Shown: one piece after another, positions 9,605 through 21,568 of the stretch
Numbering within the stretch: the stretch's first letter is position 1
How the letters are laid out: each line of letters starts with the position of its first letter
Source: an uncultured Actinomycetota bacterium
Lineage (GTDB): Bacteria; Actinomycetota; Actinomycetes; Propionibacteriales; Nocardioidaceae
Assembly: GCA_963695295.1 (NCBI GenBank)
Contig: OY968771.1
Coordinates: 58,939 to 122,938 of the forward strand
Direction of reading: 5' to 3'
Length of the DNA: 64,000 bases
Made by a program: the position numbers and the translations under genes
The notes under the pieces: generated by a model
Databases searched by the model: none
What the model was told of the DNA's origin: nothing
The model's input: the letters and a program-made list of their open reading frames with translations, nothing else

Positions 9605-11602
9605 TCACACCTGGACGCGGTTCTCGATCGCCTCGACGATGCGGGCGACGGCATCCTCGACCGGGACGCCGTTGTCCTGCTCGCCGCTGCGGTAGCGGAA
9701 GGAGACGGCGCCGGCCTCGAGGTCCTGGTCGCCGGCGATGAGCATGAACGGCACCTTCTGGGTCTGGGCGGTGCGGATCTTCTTCTGCATGCGCTCGTCG
9801 GTGTGGTCCACCTCGACGCGAATGCCCCGGCCTTTCAGCCGATCGGCCACCGTGTCGAGGTAGTCGGCGTGGCGCTCGGCCACCGGGATGCCGACGACCT
9901 GGACCGGGGCCAGCCACGGCGGGAAGGCGCCGGCGTAGTGCTCGACGAGAACGCCGAGGAACCGCTCGATCGATCCGAACTTCGCGGAGTGGATCATCAC
10001 CGGCTGCTGGCGCGAGCCGTCGGCGGCGACGTACTCGAGCCCGAAGCCGCGGGGCTGGTTGAAGTCGTACTGGATGGTCGACATCTGCCACGTACGACCG
10101 ATCGCGTCGCGGGCCTGGACCGAGATCTTCGGGCCGTAGTAGGCGGCACCACCGGGATCGGGCACCAGCTCGAGGCCGGACTCGAGCGCCGCCTTCTCGA
10201 GCACCCGCGTCGCGGTGGCCCACTCATCCTCCGAGCCCACGAACTTGTCCGGCTTGGAGTCGTCGCGGGTCGACAGCTCGAGGTAGAAGTCGTCCAGCCC
10301 GAAGTCGCGGAACAGGCTCAGGCAGAAGTTCAGCAGGTGCTTGATCTCGGCGGGCGCCTGCTCGGCGGTGACGTAGGAGTGGGAGTCGTCCTGGGTCATG
10401 CCGCGGACGCGGGTCAGCCCATGGATCACACCGGACTTCTCGTTGCGGTAGACGCCGCCGAACTCGAACAGCCGGAGCGGCAGCTCGCGGTAGGAGCGCT
10501 GCCGGGACCGGAAGATCAGGTTGTGCATCGGGCAGTTCATGGCCTTGAGGTAGTACTTGCTGTTCTCCAGGTCCATCGGCGGGAACATGCCCTCGGCGTA
10601 GTACGGCAGGTGCCCGGAGGTGTGGAACAGGCCTTCCTTGGTGATGTGCGGCGTGCCGACGTACTCGAAACCCTCCTCGATGTGCCGGCGCCGGACGTAG
10701 TCCTCCATCTCCCGCTTGATGACGCCGCCCTTCGGGTGGAACACCGCGAGCCCGGAGCCGATCTCGTCGGGGAAGCTGAACAGGTCGAGCTCCTGGCCGA
10801 GCCGCCGATGGTCGCGGCGTTGCGCCTCCTCGATGCGGTGCAGGTAGGCGTCGAGGTCGTCCTTGGACGGCCATGCGGTGCCGTAGATGCGCTGCAGCTG
10901 CTTGTTCTTCTCATCGCCGCGCCAGTAGGCGGCGGCGCTGCGCATCAGGGTGAACGTCGGGATGCGCTTGGTCGTGGGCAGGTGCGGACCGCGGCAGAGG
11001 TCCTTCCAGGCCAGCGAACCGTCGCGCTTGAGGTTGTCGTAGATGGACAGGCCACCCTCGCCCACCTCGACGCCGGCACCCTCCGCGACCCCGTCGAGAT
11101 CGGCACCGTCGGCGTTCGACTTCAAGCCGATGAGCTCGAGCTTGTACGGCTCGTCGGCCAGCTCGGCGCGGGCGTCGTCGTCGGAGACCTCGCGACGGTC
11201 GAACTTCTGGCCCTCCTTGACGATCTTGCGCATCCGCGTCTCGATGGCGGCAAGATCGTCGGGCGTGAACGGCTCGGCCACGTCGAAGTCGTAGTAGAAG
11301 CCGTCGGTGATGGGTGGGCCGATGCCCAGCTTCGCCTCGGGGAACAGCGCCTGCACGGCCTGCGCCATGACGTGGGCGGTCGAGTGCCGCAAGATGTCGA
11401 GGCCGTCCGGTGAGCCGATGGCAACCGGCTCGACCGTGTCACCGTCGCCCAGCTCGTGGGCGAGGTCGCGGAGGCGGCCGTCGACACGAGCGGCGACGAC
11501 GTCCGGATCGTCGGCGAAGAGCTGCCATGCCTTGGTGCCGGTGTCGAGGGATCGCTCCTCGGACCCGTCACCGGACCTGACGACGACGGAGATCTGGGAC
11601 AC
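9605..11602 (-). CDS. thrS: threonine--tRNA ligase
   Basis: 665-aa ORF with a TGS-like N-terminus, an editing domain ([11 protein letters not shown]), class II core motifs (FRDEQSG-like [22 protein letters not shown]) and an anticodon-binding domain. Confidence 0.98.
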   Translation of the reverse strand: MSQISVVVRSGDGSEERSLDTGTKAWQLFADDPDVVAARVDGRLRDLAHELGDGDTVEPVAIGSPDGLDILRHSTAHVMAQAVQALFPEAKLGIGPPITDGFYYDFDVAEPFTPDDLAAIETRMRKIVKEGQKFDRREVSDDDARAELADEPYKLELIGLKSNADGADLDGVAEGAGVEVGEGGLSIYDNLKRDGSLAWKDLCRGPHLPTTKRIPTFTLMRSAAAYWRGDEKNKQLQRIYGTAWPSKDDLDAYLHRIEEAQRRDHRRLGQELDLFSFPDEIGSGLAVFHPKGGVIKREMEDYVRRRHIEEGFEYVGTPHITKEGLFHTSGHLPYYAEGMFPPMDLENSKYYLKAMNCPMHNLIFRSRQRSYRELPLRLFEFGGVYRNEKSGVIHGLTRVRGMTQDDSHSYVTAEQAPAEIKHLLNFCLSLFRDFGLDDFYLELSTRDDSKPDKFVGSEDEWATATRVLEKAALESGLELVPDPGGAAYYGPKISVQARDAIGRTWQMSTIQYDFNQPRGFGLEYVAADGSRQQPVMIHSAKFGSIERFLGVLVEHYAGAFPPWLAPVQVVGIPVAERHADYLDTVADRLKGRGIRVEVDHTDERMQKKIRTAQTQKVPFMLIAGDQDLEAGAVSFRYRSGEQDNGVPVEDAVARIVEAIENRVQV

Positions 11603-11743
11603 GACACACCTCGTTCTCGACGACGCGCCCGACGGCTGGCGCGTTCTGCTTGCGAGCCACCCTAGCCGAGCCGATCGGGTGACCCAGCACGTGCAAGCTC
11701 GCCGTCATCGGCGCGCGCGGTCATCCTCTGGGATCCTCTAGTC

Positions 11744-12223
11744 ATGGACCAGCCGCTCTTCTGGAGCCTCCTCGGGGGCGTGACGTTGCTCGTCATGGCG
11801 ATCCGGCTGACCCTCGGGCGGCCCTTCCTGCCCGGGCGAGCGGCCGTCATCGGTCCAGCCGAGCTGACCCTGGCCGCGGTGTGCGTGCTGGCCCTGGTGT
11901 TCCACTGCGGTGCGATGTTCTTCGCGCCGTGGACCGACGCACTTCCGGGCGGACGTGCTCTCGGCGACCCGGTCCGAGCGCTGGGGACCGCGAGCGAATG
12001 GGCGTACTGGGTGCCGGCGGCCGGGCTGATGCTGGCGGTCAGCCGGATCACGTGGCCTGCGCTCGTGCTGCTCGCCGCCACCCTCCTCGGGGTCGGCGTG
12101 ACGATGTTCCGGCCGTACCCGCTCGACGTCCACCTGGCCTGGATCGCGGCCGCGGTGCTCACCCTGACCCTGATCTCGAGCTCGCTCCTGGGCCGAACCG
12201 CGACCGCCGCCCCGGCGGACTGA
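11744..12223 (+). CDS. hypothetical integral membrane protein
   Basis: 159-aa ORF with about 4 hydrophobic helices. No recognisable family. Confidence 0.6.
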   Translation: MDQPLFWSLLGGVTLLVMAIRLTLGRPFLPGRAAVIGPAELTLAAVCVLALVFHCGAMFFAPWTDALPGGRALGDPVRALGTASEWAYWVPAAGLMLAVSRITWPALVLLAATLLGVGVTMFRPYPLDVHLAWIAAAVLTLTLISSSLLGRTATAAPAD

Positions 12224-12267
12224 CCGGCTAGGGTTCCAGCACGGACGGCGGCCACGAAGGACGACGC

Positions 12268-13711
12268 ATGACATCGATCGGCATCATCGGCTCGGGATTC
12301 GGCGGCGTCGCGGTGGCGGTGGAGATGCTCCGCGGGGGCCACGACGATCTCCAGATCTGGGAACGTGGCGACGACCTGGGCGGCGTCTGGCGCGACAACA
12401 CGTACCCCGGTGCCGGCTGCGACGTTCCGTCGCCGCTGTACTCCTTCTCGTACGCCCCGAACCCGAACTGGTCCCGCCGGTACGCGTTGCAGCAGGAGAT
12501 CCACGACTACCTGCGCCGGGTCGCCGACCAGCACGGCGTGACGCCGCGCATCACCTACGGCCGTGAGGTCACGGCGGCCACCTGGGTCGACGATGACCAC
12601 CGGTGGACGGTCACCTTCGCCGACGGCTCCTCCCAGTCCGTGGACCTCCTCATCAGCGCCGTCGGACAGCTGTCCGAGCCGAGGGTGCCGGCCCTCCCCG
12701 GCGCCGACTCCTTCGAGGGACCGTCGTTCCACTCGGCCCGATGGGACCACGGCGCCGACATGCAGGGCCGCACCGTCGCGGTCGTCGGTTCGGGAGCGAG
12801 TGCGGTCCAGCTCGTGCCCCATCTCGTGCGCGACGGCGAACGCGTCGTCTTGTTCCAGCGCTCCCCCAACTACCTGCTCCCCAAGCCCGACATGCCCTAC
12901 CGGAGTTGGCACGCCGGCCTGTTCCACCGGGTCCCGGCCACGCAACAGCTCGAGCGTGCCGGCATCTGGACGCTCATGGAGCAGTTCGCGCGCGGGCTCG
13001 ACGCCTCGTCGCCGGTCGGCAAGATCAACCACACCCTCGCGATGCGCCATCTGCACTCCCAGGTCAAGGATCCGGAGCTCCGCGCCAAGCTGACGCCGGA
13101 CTACCCGATCGGGTGCAAGCGCATCCTGTTCAGCAACGACTTCTACCCGGCGCTGGCCGAACCGACGGTCGAGGTCGTCACCGAGGCGGTCACCGAGGTG
13201 CGTCCGCACGGTGTCGTCGACGCGACCGGCCGCGAGCACCCCGCGGACGTCGTCGTGTACGCCACCGGCTTCGACGCCCAGGACTTCCTCGACACCATCG
13301 ACGTCACGGGTGCCGACGGTGAGAAGCTGGCCACCCGCTGGGCCGACGGCGCGCGCGCCTACCTCGGCATGTACGTGCCCGGGTTTCCCGAACCTGTTCG
13401 TCACCTATGGACCGAACACGAACCTCGGCGGCGGATCGATCATCTACATGCTGGAGGCGCAGGCCCGGCACATGCGCCAGGTCGTCGACCGGCTCGAGGC
13501 CGGTCAGTACGACAGCGTCGAGGTGACCGCCGAGACCGACCAGGCCTACGACCGGGAACTGCGCGCGCAGCTGGAACGCTCGGTCTGGGCCAGCTGCGAG
13601 AACTGGTACCGCCACCCGTCCGGCCGCATCACGTCGAACTGGCCCGGAGCGACCCGGCCGTTCGCCCAACGCACTCGCACGCTGGAGCCGGGCGAGTTCG
13701 CCTGGGCCTGA
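12268..13711 (+). pseudogene. flavin-dependent (Baeyer-Villiger type) monooxygenase, frame broken near 13390
   Basis: GSGFGG and GSGASA dinucleotide motifs plus ARWDH. The conserved GFPNLF...GPNT motif is split: frame 1 reads GMYVPGFPEPVRH, while frame 2 continues NLFVTYGPNTNLGGGSIIYMLEAQ...ENWYRHPSGRITSNWPG and stops at 13711. Confidence 0.8.
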
Positions 13712-13723
13712 GGTCGATAGCGG

Positions 13724-14536
13724 TCAGGCCGCCGGCTTGCGGCCGATCGCGATGAAGCCCGCGAACCACATCTCGGCGTCCGGCACGGCCGCGAACCGCT
13801 CCCGCGCAGCGGCCCACTGCTCAACCTCATCGGGCGCCAGCACGCCCGCGGCGACCATGGCGTCCTGGGCCGAGATCAGCGGCCCGCCGAGGGTGAGGAC
13901 CTCGGCCGGGATCCGCCGGTAGCTGCCCTGGTTCTCGACGACATCCAGCCCGGCCGCACGCAACATCGTGCCGAGTCGCGGTCCCATCCGGACGTCGTTG
14001 CCGAGCTGGCGGTGGAATGCGGCGTACCGGTCGAACTGCTCCTGCAGACCCGATTCCGCCGGCGAGGAGCGGGTCGCGTCGAGGTCGACGTCGACGAGGT
14101 ACACATGCCCGCCCGGCCTGGCGAGGTCGGCGAGATGGGCGACGATCTCTGGGGCGGCGGCGCCGGTGTGGGTGAGGACGTGCCGCATCATCACGCAGTC
14201 CCAGGACTCCGGTTCCAGGCCCGTCGCCGCACCGGTGCCGCCCCGCACCTCGACGTGCTGGAGGCCGGCCGCGTCAAGCTCTTCTCGCGCCGCCGCGCGA
14301 GCCGGATCGCCGGGCTCGATGCCGACGGTCGTGCCGGTCGGCCCGACGACCTTCGCGAGCTCGATGAGCACCGCGCCGGGGCCACACCCCACGTCGGCCA
14401 CGCTCGCGCCGGGAACCACGCCGGCGAGCTGCCAGAGCTCGGACTCCTCCTCGCGGGCGAATCCGGCCATCATCCGGTACCTCTCGCGCTCCGGCTCGCT
14501 GAGCTGGAGCGCGTAACCCTCGTTCGCTTGCGTCAT
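13724..14536 (-). CDS. class I SAM-dependent methyltransferase
   Basis: Motif I VADVGCGPGAV, followed by a Rossmann-like pattern. 270 aa. Confidence 0.9.
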   Translation of the reverse strand: MTQANEGYALQLSEPERERYRMMAGFAREEESELWQLAGVVPGASVADVGCGPGAVLIELAKVVGPTGTTVGIEPGDPARAAAREELDAAGLQHVEVRGGTGAATGLEPESWDCVMMRHVLTHTGAAAPEIVAHLADLARPGGHVYLVDVDLDATRSSPAESGLQEQFDRYAAFHRQLGNDVRMGPRLGTMLRAAGLDVVENQGSYRRIPAEVLTLGGPLISAQDAMVAAGVLAPDEVEQWAAARERFAAVPDAEMWFAGFIAIGRKPAA

Positions 14537-14620
14537 GTCAAGCTCCTGTCCAGCGCCGAATCTACGCTTTCCCGCCAGCCCGCGTCAGGCGTACCGTGGC
14601 GACAACGGAAGGGGTGTCCC

Positions 14621-14998
14621 ATGTTCGAATCCGCATCCTGTGCCGCCGTCCTCCCCGCGTCCGACATCACCCGCGCGAAGTCGTTCTGGCACGACACCTT
14701 CGGCCTCGATCCGGTCGAGGAGTTCGCTCCCGACGCGGTGATGTTCGAGATCAACGGCGCGCGCGTCCTGGTGTACGAGACCCAGTTCGCGGGCACCACG
14801 CAGAGCACGGCGCTGGCCATCGACGTCACCGACTTCGACGACGCCGTGGCCGAGCTCGGCTCGAAGGGCGTCCGGCTCAACGAGTACGACCTTCCCGGCA
14901 TCACGACGGTCGATGGGGTCGCCGAGATCGAAGGCAACCGCGTGGCCTGGTTCAACGACAGCGAGGGGAACATCCTCAGCCTGGGCGAGCGCGGCTGA
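14621..14998 (+). CDS. VOC / glyoxalase family protein
   Basis: MFESASCAAVLPASDITRAKSFWHDTFGL...WFNDSEGNILSL is a typical glyoxalase-fold pattern. Start set at the internal ATG 14621 of a longer ORF. Confidence 0.85.
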   Translation: MFESASCAAVLPASDITRAKSFWHDTFGLDPVEEFAPDAVMFEINGARVLVYETQFAGTTQSTALAIDVTDFDDAVAELGSKGVRLNEYDLPGITTVDGVAEIEGNRVAWFNDSEGNILSLGERG

Positions 14999-14999
14999 G

Positions 15000-15455
15000 T
15001 CAACGGCAGAGCGCGTCGATCTCCCGCTGAATCTTGTCCCGCGGGGCCACCGTGCCAAGACCCTCGATGTTGATGCGCGCGTCGATCTGCGACCCGACGT
15101 CGGCCACCAGCTGGACGACGTCCTCACGAATCTTGGGCGCGGCATTGTCGCCGGCCTTCGCGAGGGCGTCGAGCGCGTCGCGCATCTTCTCCTCATCGGC
15201 CTTCGTGAACGGGGTGTCGTTGTTCTTGTACTTGTCCCACACGGCCTGGATGTCCTCGACCGCACCGGAGCCGACGATGGCCTGACAGCTCTTCTCGGCG
15301 CTGGACGCCGTGGCCTCAGGCAGCTCCGGCGACGACGTCTCGGTCGCCGACCCGTAGGCGTCCTCGTCCACGTTGTCGCCGCTGCAGCCGACGAGCGTGA
15401 AGGTGGCCACCAGCAGGGCGACCACGAGGGCGGGAGTTCGGTGGGTCCGAGACAT
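15000..15455 (-). CDS. hypothetical lipoprotein
   Basis: Signal peptide with a lipobox (ALLVATFTLVGC-SG), taking the start at M23 of the ORF. Confidence 0.7.
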   Translation of the reverse strand: MSRTHRTPALVVALLVATFTLVGCSGDNVDEDAYGSATETSSPELPEATASSAEKSCQAIVGSGAVEDIQAVWDKYKNNDTPFTKADEEKMRDALDALAKAGDNAAPKIREDVVQLVADVGSQIDARINIEGLGTVAPRDKIQREIDALCR

Positions 15456-15517
15456 GGGCCATACGGTAGCCGACTGCTCGCCGCTCCACTGCCGGGATGG
15501 CGACGAGTTCAGCGAGT

Positions 15518-17023
15518 TCACCGGCTTCCCGGTGGTTCATGGCTCCTAGGAGTGAGGGGCTTCGTCGCCGGACCCTCGAGTACGGCTCCGTCCGCCCCGA
15601 ACCGGGACCCGTGCAGGGGGCAATCCCACGACTTCTCGGCGTCGTTCCAGGACAGCGCTCCACCCAGATGGGTGCAGATCGCGGTGATCGAGCAGGTGCG
15701 GCCATCCACCGTCGACACGCCCGTCGGCACCAGTCCGTCTCGGCCGACCACGCCCGCACCCTCGGGTGGCGGGCTGGATGGCACGGCGTGGAGGCCCAGA
15801 TCGGCCAGGTGACGCACCGCGGCGATGCCGACGGCCGCATTCGTCCGAACGATGTTCGCCGCCCCGGTCGGCCGCGTGATGCGTCGTCCGAGGACGCCGG
15901 CCCACTGCGGCTTCTCGCCGAGGATGTGACCGGCGATGTTCTTGGCCGCGGCAACGCCGTTCGTCAGTCCCCACTTGTCGAACCCGGTGGCGAGGAGGAT
16001 GCGCCCACCGCCACGCGGCAACGCTCCCACGTACGGGATGCCGTCATGGGAGCGATAGTCCTGGGCCGACCAGGCATGCGTCTCCCTGGCTCCGGGGAAG
16101 TGGTGGGCCACCCAGGTTCGGAGTCGCTCCAGGTGCTCCAGCTCGGAGGTCGCGCGGCCGACCACGTGGCCTTCGCCGCCCACGAGCAGCAGGCTGCTGC
16201 CGTCGGGTCGCGTCACCTCGCGCAGCGACCGGATCGGCGACCCTGCCGACAGGTACATGTCGCGCGGCGGCTCGGTCCCTTCGAAGGCGAGCAGGTAGGA
16301 GCGATGGGCTTCGACCTTCGCGAAGTACAAGCCACGATCGAGCAGCGGAGTCCCGGTGGCGAGCACCAGCCGGTGACCCGACAGGCGGCTGCCGTCGTCC
16401 AGCGTCGCGGTGGGCTTGCCGGTCTTGGCGACGGACACCACGCGACGGCCCTCGTGAACGGTGCCACCGTGCCGGCGCAGCTCGAGCACCAAGGCCCGGA
16501 GCACCGTCATCGGGTCCAGCTGAGCCTGGTCGGACAGGACGACGCCGCCATGCGCGGGGAACGGTACGTCGAGGGAGTCCACCCACCGAGCGCCCAGGCC
16601 GAGCGCACGAGCGGCCTCGAGCTCGTCTCGTGCGGATCGGACCTCGGCCTCGCGCGCCGCATACGTCACGGCGTCTCGCCGGTCGACCGGCACCCCGTGG
16701 TCGTGGCAGAACGCCAGCAGCCACTCCTGGCCGTCGACGTTGGCGTCGACGTAGGCCTGTGCCACGCGGTGCGACTGCAGGCCCAGCATCTGGGACAGCT
16801 TCGTCCCCTGGAGCAGCGAGACCTTGCCGGTCGTGTGTCCGGTGGTCACCGCCCCGACCCGGCGGGCCTCCACGACCGCCACCCGTCGGCCGGCCCGGGC
16901 CAGCAGTACAGCCGTCGTCAGCCCGGTCAGGCCGGCCCCGACGATGACGTCGTCGACCTCGGATCGATCGTCGAGGGGATCCGCCGGTACCGGATCGGCG
17001 TGGTCGATCCACACGGACGTCAT
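15518..17023 (-). CDS. FAD-dependent oxidoreductase with C-terminal Rieske [2Fe-2S] domain
   Basis: N-terminal VIVGAGLTGLTTA dinucleotide fold. C-terminal CTHLGG...CPLHGSRF Rieske motif. GGAGG lies 5 nt before ATG 17023. Confidence 0.88.
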   Translation of the reverse strand: MTSVWIDHADPVPADPLDDRSEVDDVIVGAGLTGLTTAVLLARAGRRVAVVEARRVGAVTTGHTTGKVSLLQGTKLSQMLGLQSHRVAQAYVDANVDGQEWLLAFCHDHGVPVDRRDAVTYAAREAEVRSARDELEAARALGLGARWVDSLDVPFPAHGGVVLSDQAQLDPMTVLRALVLELRRHGGTVHEGRRVVSVAKTGKPTATLDDGSRLSGHRLVLATGTPLLDRGLYFAKVEAHRSYLLAFEGTEPPRDMYLSAGSPIRSLREVTRPDGSSLLLVGGEGHVVGRATSELEHLERLRTWVAHHFPGARETHAWSAQDYRSHDGIPYVGALPRGGGRILLATGFDKWGLTNGVAAAKNIAGHILGEKPQWAGVLGRRITRPTGAANIVRTNAAVGIAAVRHLADLGLHAVPSSPPPEGAGVVGRDGLVPTGVSTVDGRTCSITAICTHLGGALSWNDAEKSWDCPLHGSRFGADGAVLEGPATKPLTPRSHEPPGSR

Positions 17024-17156
17024 GCCGGCCTCCATCCTCGAGTCGAGCCGCGAGCATAACCAGCGCGATCGACATCGGCATCACGAGGAACGGGCGCCCA
17101 GAACATGCGGACTCACCGCAGATGTGCAGACGATGTGTGACAGGAGGTCATCAGCC

Positions 17157-18017
<861 letters not shown>

Positions 18018-19191
18018 CCGTCGGCCGGATCCTCGAGGGACAGAGTGCGCCGTAGAAGGTCGTGGGCGACGGCGTCGAGGTCGAGGTCCGCACCGGCGGC
18101 CGCGCGCTGCCGGCCCGCCCCGCCGCCGTCGCGCAGCAACATCTCGACGCCATCGCGCACGATCTCCTCGTCCCCCGCGGCGCGCAGCGCGTCGGCCACG
18201 TGGTCGAGGAGGACGCCGACGACCTCGCCGGCCGGCTTCCGAACGGCCGTTCGCGGATCCAGCAGCTCACCGGTGAGACCGTAGCGGCGCGCCAGCCACC
18301 GACCCGCCCGCAGCATCTCGACCCGCCACGGGTCCCCCGCCTCCGCTGCGGACGGACACCGTCTCGACCAATGCTCGAGTGAGCGCGGCCACGATGAGCG
18401 CGTCGTCGATGTCCGTGCACACATCGGTGACCCGAACCTCGACCGTGGGGTAGTGCTCGGCCAGCCGGGCGTCGAAGTAGACCATCGCCTCATCGATCAC
18501 CGCTCCGGTCTCCACCAGGCGCCGCACGGTCTCGTGGTACCGCTCAGCATCACCGAACGCCTCGACGGGTCCGGCGCTCGGCCAGCCGTCCCAGACCTGC
18601 TCGCGCCAGCACGCGTACCTGGTGTCGATCCCGTCGCTGAACGGCGAGTTCGCGGCCAGTGCGACGAGCACCGGCAGCCAGGGCTGGATGCGATCGAGGA
18701 TGCGCACGCCTTCGTCGTCGTCGGTGACCTCGACGTGGACGTGCATGCCGCACACCGGTCCGCGCCGGCCGACCTCGCCGTAGAGGTCGAACATCTGCTG
18801 ATAGCGCGGCTTGGGGGTCGGGACCTCCGCCACCCGCGCGGCGAACAGGGCCGTCGGCGCGGCGAGGATGGCCGCACCGGCGGCCATCGCAGCCTTCGAC
18901 GCGCGCTCGCGCCCGGCGACCAGGTGCGCCCGTAGCTCGGCGAGGTCCGTGGTCGGCTCGGTGTTCACCTCGATCTGCTGGAGGAAGAGCTCCTGCTCCA
19001 GCTCCTCGGGCTCGTCCGCCCCCATCTCATCGGCTCGGATGGCGTGGTGCGACACCGGCCGCACCAGGCAGGTTTCCGGGTCGACGAGGAACATCTCCTC
19101 CTCGATTCCGACCTTGCGGACCCGCGTCACGTCTCGACGCCGACGCTCAACACGCCCACGGCCCGCGAGCGTGAGCATCCGCATGGCGGCC

Positions 19192-19395
19192 TCACGGGGC
19201 CTTGCCATCAGGGATCACCTTGTGCGTTCCGTCGCACCACGGCTGGATGGATGACTTTCCGCAGCGGCACACCGCACTCACCGGTCGGTGCGTTCGATGC
19301 GGTTTCCCGTCCTCGTCGGCGACCACGCGGTCGCCCCGCACGAGCATGGGACCTCCCGGGCAGAGGATGACGTCCTCGTGGGTCGAGCCGGTCAT
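19192..19395 (-). CDS. CDGSH iron-sulfur domain protein
   Basis: 67 aa ending CRCGKSSIQPWCDGTHK, the C-x-C-x2-S-x3-P-x-C-D-G-[ST]-H signature. Its ATG overlaps the stop of the upstream gene (ATGA). Confidence 0.85.
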   Translation of the reverse strand: MTGSTHEDVILCPGGPMLVRGDRVVADEDGKPHRTHRPVSAVCRCGKSSIQPWCDGTHKVIPDGKAP

Positions 19396-20330
19396 GCGGA
19401 CCGACCCCAGGAAGCGAGCTGCTGGGCGGCGTACCGGGATTCGAGGTCGAGACAGGTGAACGCACCGAACAGGACCGACGGGACGAGCTTCGGCTCCTCG
19501 GCCATCAGCGACCCGCAGATCGTCCGGACCGCGAGCTGTTCGTGCACGGCGTCGGCTTCGACGTGCTCGTCGTAGTACCGGGTGACCCGGCTCCCGAACC
19601 CGAGTCGGCTCAGCCCCTGGCTGATCTTCCGACACGGGATCGAGCTGGTGGCCTCGAATGCCGCCAGATGCCCCAGAGCAGCACCCCGATGTCGGCGGTG
19701 CAGCCCGAACATCGACATCGCGTTGTTGATCTGGAGGATCTCCACCGGAACCTCGTCGATGTACGCCCCGACGTCACTGCGCAGACCGGCGTCCTCCAAG
19801 GCTTCGGCGAACAGATTGGAGTGGAGCCGGGCGGGGTCGCCGCATCCGTACTCGTCGAACTGCAGTTCCATCAAGGCCGCCTGCGTGACCGGACTCAACC
19901 GCGGCACGAGCCAGGCCACCGGGTCCGACTCCTTCAGGTGGTAGATCGACCGATGTCTGAGGAATTCCAAGGCCTGGCCCGGGTCGGCCTGTCGATGGAT
20001 GAAGGGCGCCATCGAGGTTCCCTCGTGGGACTCGATCAGGTCCCACAGGGCTGCCACGGGGTCGTCGACCTGCCCGGGCGGGGTGAATCGCGAGGCCAGC
20101 TCAGTTTCGAAGTCCCGCTCCAGCCGGGATCGCACCCGCAGCAGATCGGCATCCCACTCTCGCGCGGGGTCGACGTCATCGAAGCCGCGATAGTGCTGCT
20201 CGTAGATGGCCCACAACGTGATCTGCGCGTCGTCGCTCGATTCCGGACGCGCGTCGATCCGTCCAAGCTCATCACCGGCGATGAGTCGGGCGAACACGGC
20301 ATCGCTCAGTCGGCCGCGGGGCTTCGGCAT
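19392..20330 (-). CDS. iron-containing redox enzyme family protein (haem-oxygenase-like diiron fold)
   Basis: Ligand-like pattern LMELQFDEYGCGDPARLHSNLF ... HLAAFEATS ... YYDEHVEADAVHEQ, typical of Haem_oxygenase_2/HDO proteins. Start taken at MPKPRGRL (ATG 20330). Confidence 0.82.
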   Translation of the reverse strand: MPKPRGRLSDAVFARLIAGDELGRIDARPESSDDAQITLWAIYEQHYRGFDDVDPAREWDADLLRVRSRLERDFETELASRFTPPGQVDDPVAALWDLIESHEGTSMAPFIHRQADPGQALEFLRHRSIYHLKESDPVAWLVPRLSPVTQAALMELQFDEYGCGDPARLHSNLFAEALEDAGLRSDVGAYIDEVPVEILQINNAMSMFGLHRRHRGAALGHLAAFEATSSIPCRKISQGLSRLGFGSRVTRYYDEHVEADAVHEQLAVRTICGSLMAEEPKLVPSVLFGAFTCLDLESRYAAQQLASWGRSA

Positions 20331-20992
20331 CAACACGGCCACCCCTCCTCCGCGATCAAGACGACCACACCGCGGTCGAATCTTCGTGTTTCCCGACAAC
20401 GCACCGGGCTGCCCGTCTCTGTCAGGTGGGCGGCGACCGCCTCGACCTGCGTGCTCGACCCAAGCTGCAGGAGGGCCGCCCCACCCGGTGCCAGGTGGCG
20501 GGACACCAACCCGACGCAGGTGCGGGCCACGGCGAGACCGTCGACGCCGCCGTCGATCGCAGCGGACGGATCCTCGGGGAACCGCCCGATCTCAGCCGAC
20601 GGCACCCACGGCGGGTCGGCGACGATGAGCGAGAACGTCTCGCTCGATGCGACTGCCACCTCGAGGTCGGCCTCGCGAACCTCGGTCCGGCTCGCAGCGC
20701 CGGCCCGGTCGGCGTTCAGGTGCGCCCAGCCGCAGGCGGCCGGGTCGGCGTCCACCAGCACCAGCTGACGCGACGACCGCGCTGTTGCCGCCAAGCCGAT
20801 GTGGCCGGCCCCGGCGCACAGCTCCAGGACCGGGCCAGGTGGGAGCTCCTCGAGCAGGACCGAGGCCCACAGTGCGTGGGCCTCGGTCCACGCCCGCGGG
20901 CGCAGGACTCGGGAGTCGAAGCCGATCTGGAGTCCGGCGAACGTGGTCGTCAGGGCCGCTGGCACCACGTCGCTCGCCGTCTGACCGGGCAT
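20330..20992 (-). CDS. class I SAM methyltransferase, PrmC/HemK-like (DPPW motif)
   Basis: VLRPRAWTE, LELCAGAGHIG (motif I) and IVADPPWVP (an NPPY-type amino-methyltransferase motif). The stop overlaps the next start by 1 nt (TGATG). Confidence 0.85.
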   Translation of the reverse strand: MPGQTASDVVPAALTTTFAGLQIGFDSRVLRPRAWTEAHALWASVLLEELPPGPVLELCAGAGHIGLAATARSSRQLVLVDADPAACGWAHLNADRAGAASRTEVREADLEVAVASSETFSLIVADPPWVPSAEIGRFPEDPSAAIDGGVDGLAVARTCVGLVSRHLAPGGAALLQLGSSTQVEAVAAHLTETGSPVRCRETRRFDRGVVVLIAEEGWPC

Positions 20993-21009
20993 GGGCGCCT
21001 ACCGTGCAC

Positions 21010-21465
21010 TCACGGACGGTCGACGTCGCCGCGCCACGCACCGGTCTCGCTGGAGCGGCTCTCGATGAAGCCCTTGAAGTTGTCGAGGTCGCCCTTCACC
21101 CGCATCTTCAGGACACCGGCCTTGTCGCCCACGTTCTCGATGAATCCCTCCGGATCGATCGACATCTGCACGGTGACCTTCGTCGTGTTCTCGTCGAGAC
21201 GATGGAAGGTGACCACGCCGGCGTGCTCCGGTCCGTCGTCGGATTGCCAGGCGATCCGCTCGTCCGGATGCTGCTCGGTGACGGTGGCGTCGAACTCACG
21301 CGTCACGGGTCCGACCTTGGTGACCCAGTGAAGGTGGGTGTCGTCGATCTGCCGGACCTCCTCGACGCCGTCCATGAACTGGGGGAAGGATTCGAACTGA
21401 GTCCACTGGTTGTACGCCGTGGAGACGTCGACGTTGACGTCGACCGAATCGGTGATCGTGCTCAT
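21010..21465 (-). CDS. SRPBCC (polyketide cyclase/dehydrase-like) family protein
   Basis: MSTITDSVDVNVDVSTAYNQWTQFESFPQFMDGVEEV...VTFHRLDENTTKVTVQM is a typical cyclase/dehydrase-fold pattern. A GGAAGGA RBS precedes ATG 21465. Confidence 0.85.
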   Translation of the reverse strand: MSTITDSVDVNVDVSTAYNQWTQFESFPQFMDGVEEVRQIDDTHLHWVTKVGPVTREFDATVTEQHPDERIAWQSDDGPEHAGVVTFHRLDENTTKVTVQMSIDPEGFIENVGDKAGVLKMRVKGDLDNFKGFIESRSSETGAWRGDVDRP

Positions 21466-21568
21466 GTGCTTGTCCTTCCGGTAGGGATCGATGCGAAGGC
21501 CAGTCTTCGTCCAGACCTGGTCGGGCGCATCTTGAAGCCTCCGGGAGTGCTCGCCCGGTGGTCGGTGC

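Noticed and set aside
8855-11413. 852-aa ORF on the plus strand, plus similar long ORFs at 148-1362, 6344-8629, 40348-42891, 45794-48526 and 58804-61245.
   Set aside because: They lie antisense to or overlapping strongly supported genes (thrS, ruvB, M14, the A-PCP-AT3 gene, sirA, secDF). Their products are Arg/Gly/Ala/Pro-rich and low complexity, with no motifs. These are the typical stop-poor shadow frames of high-GC DNA.
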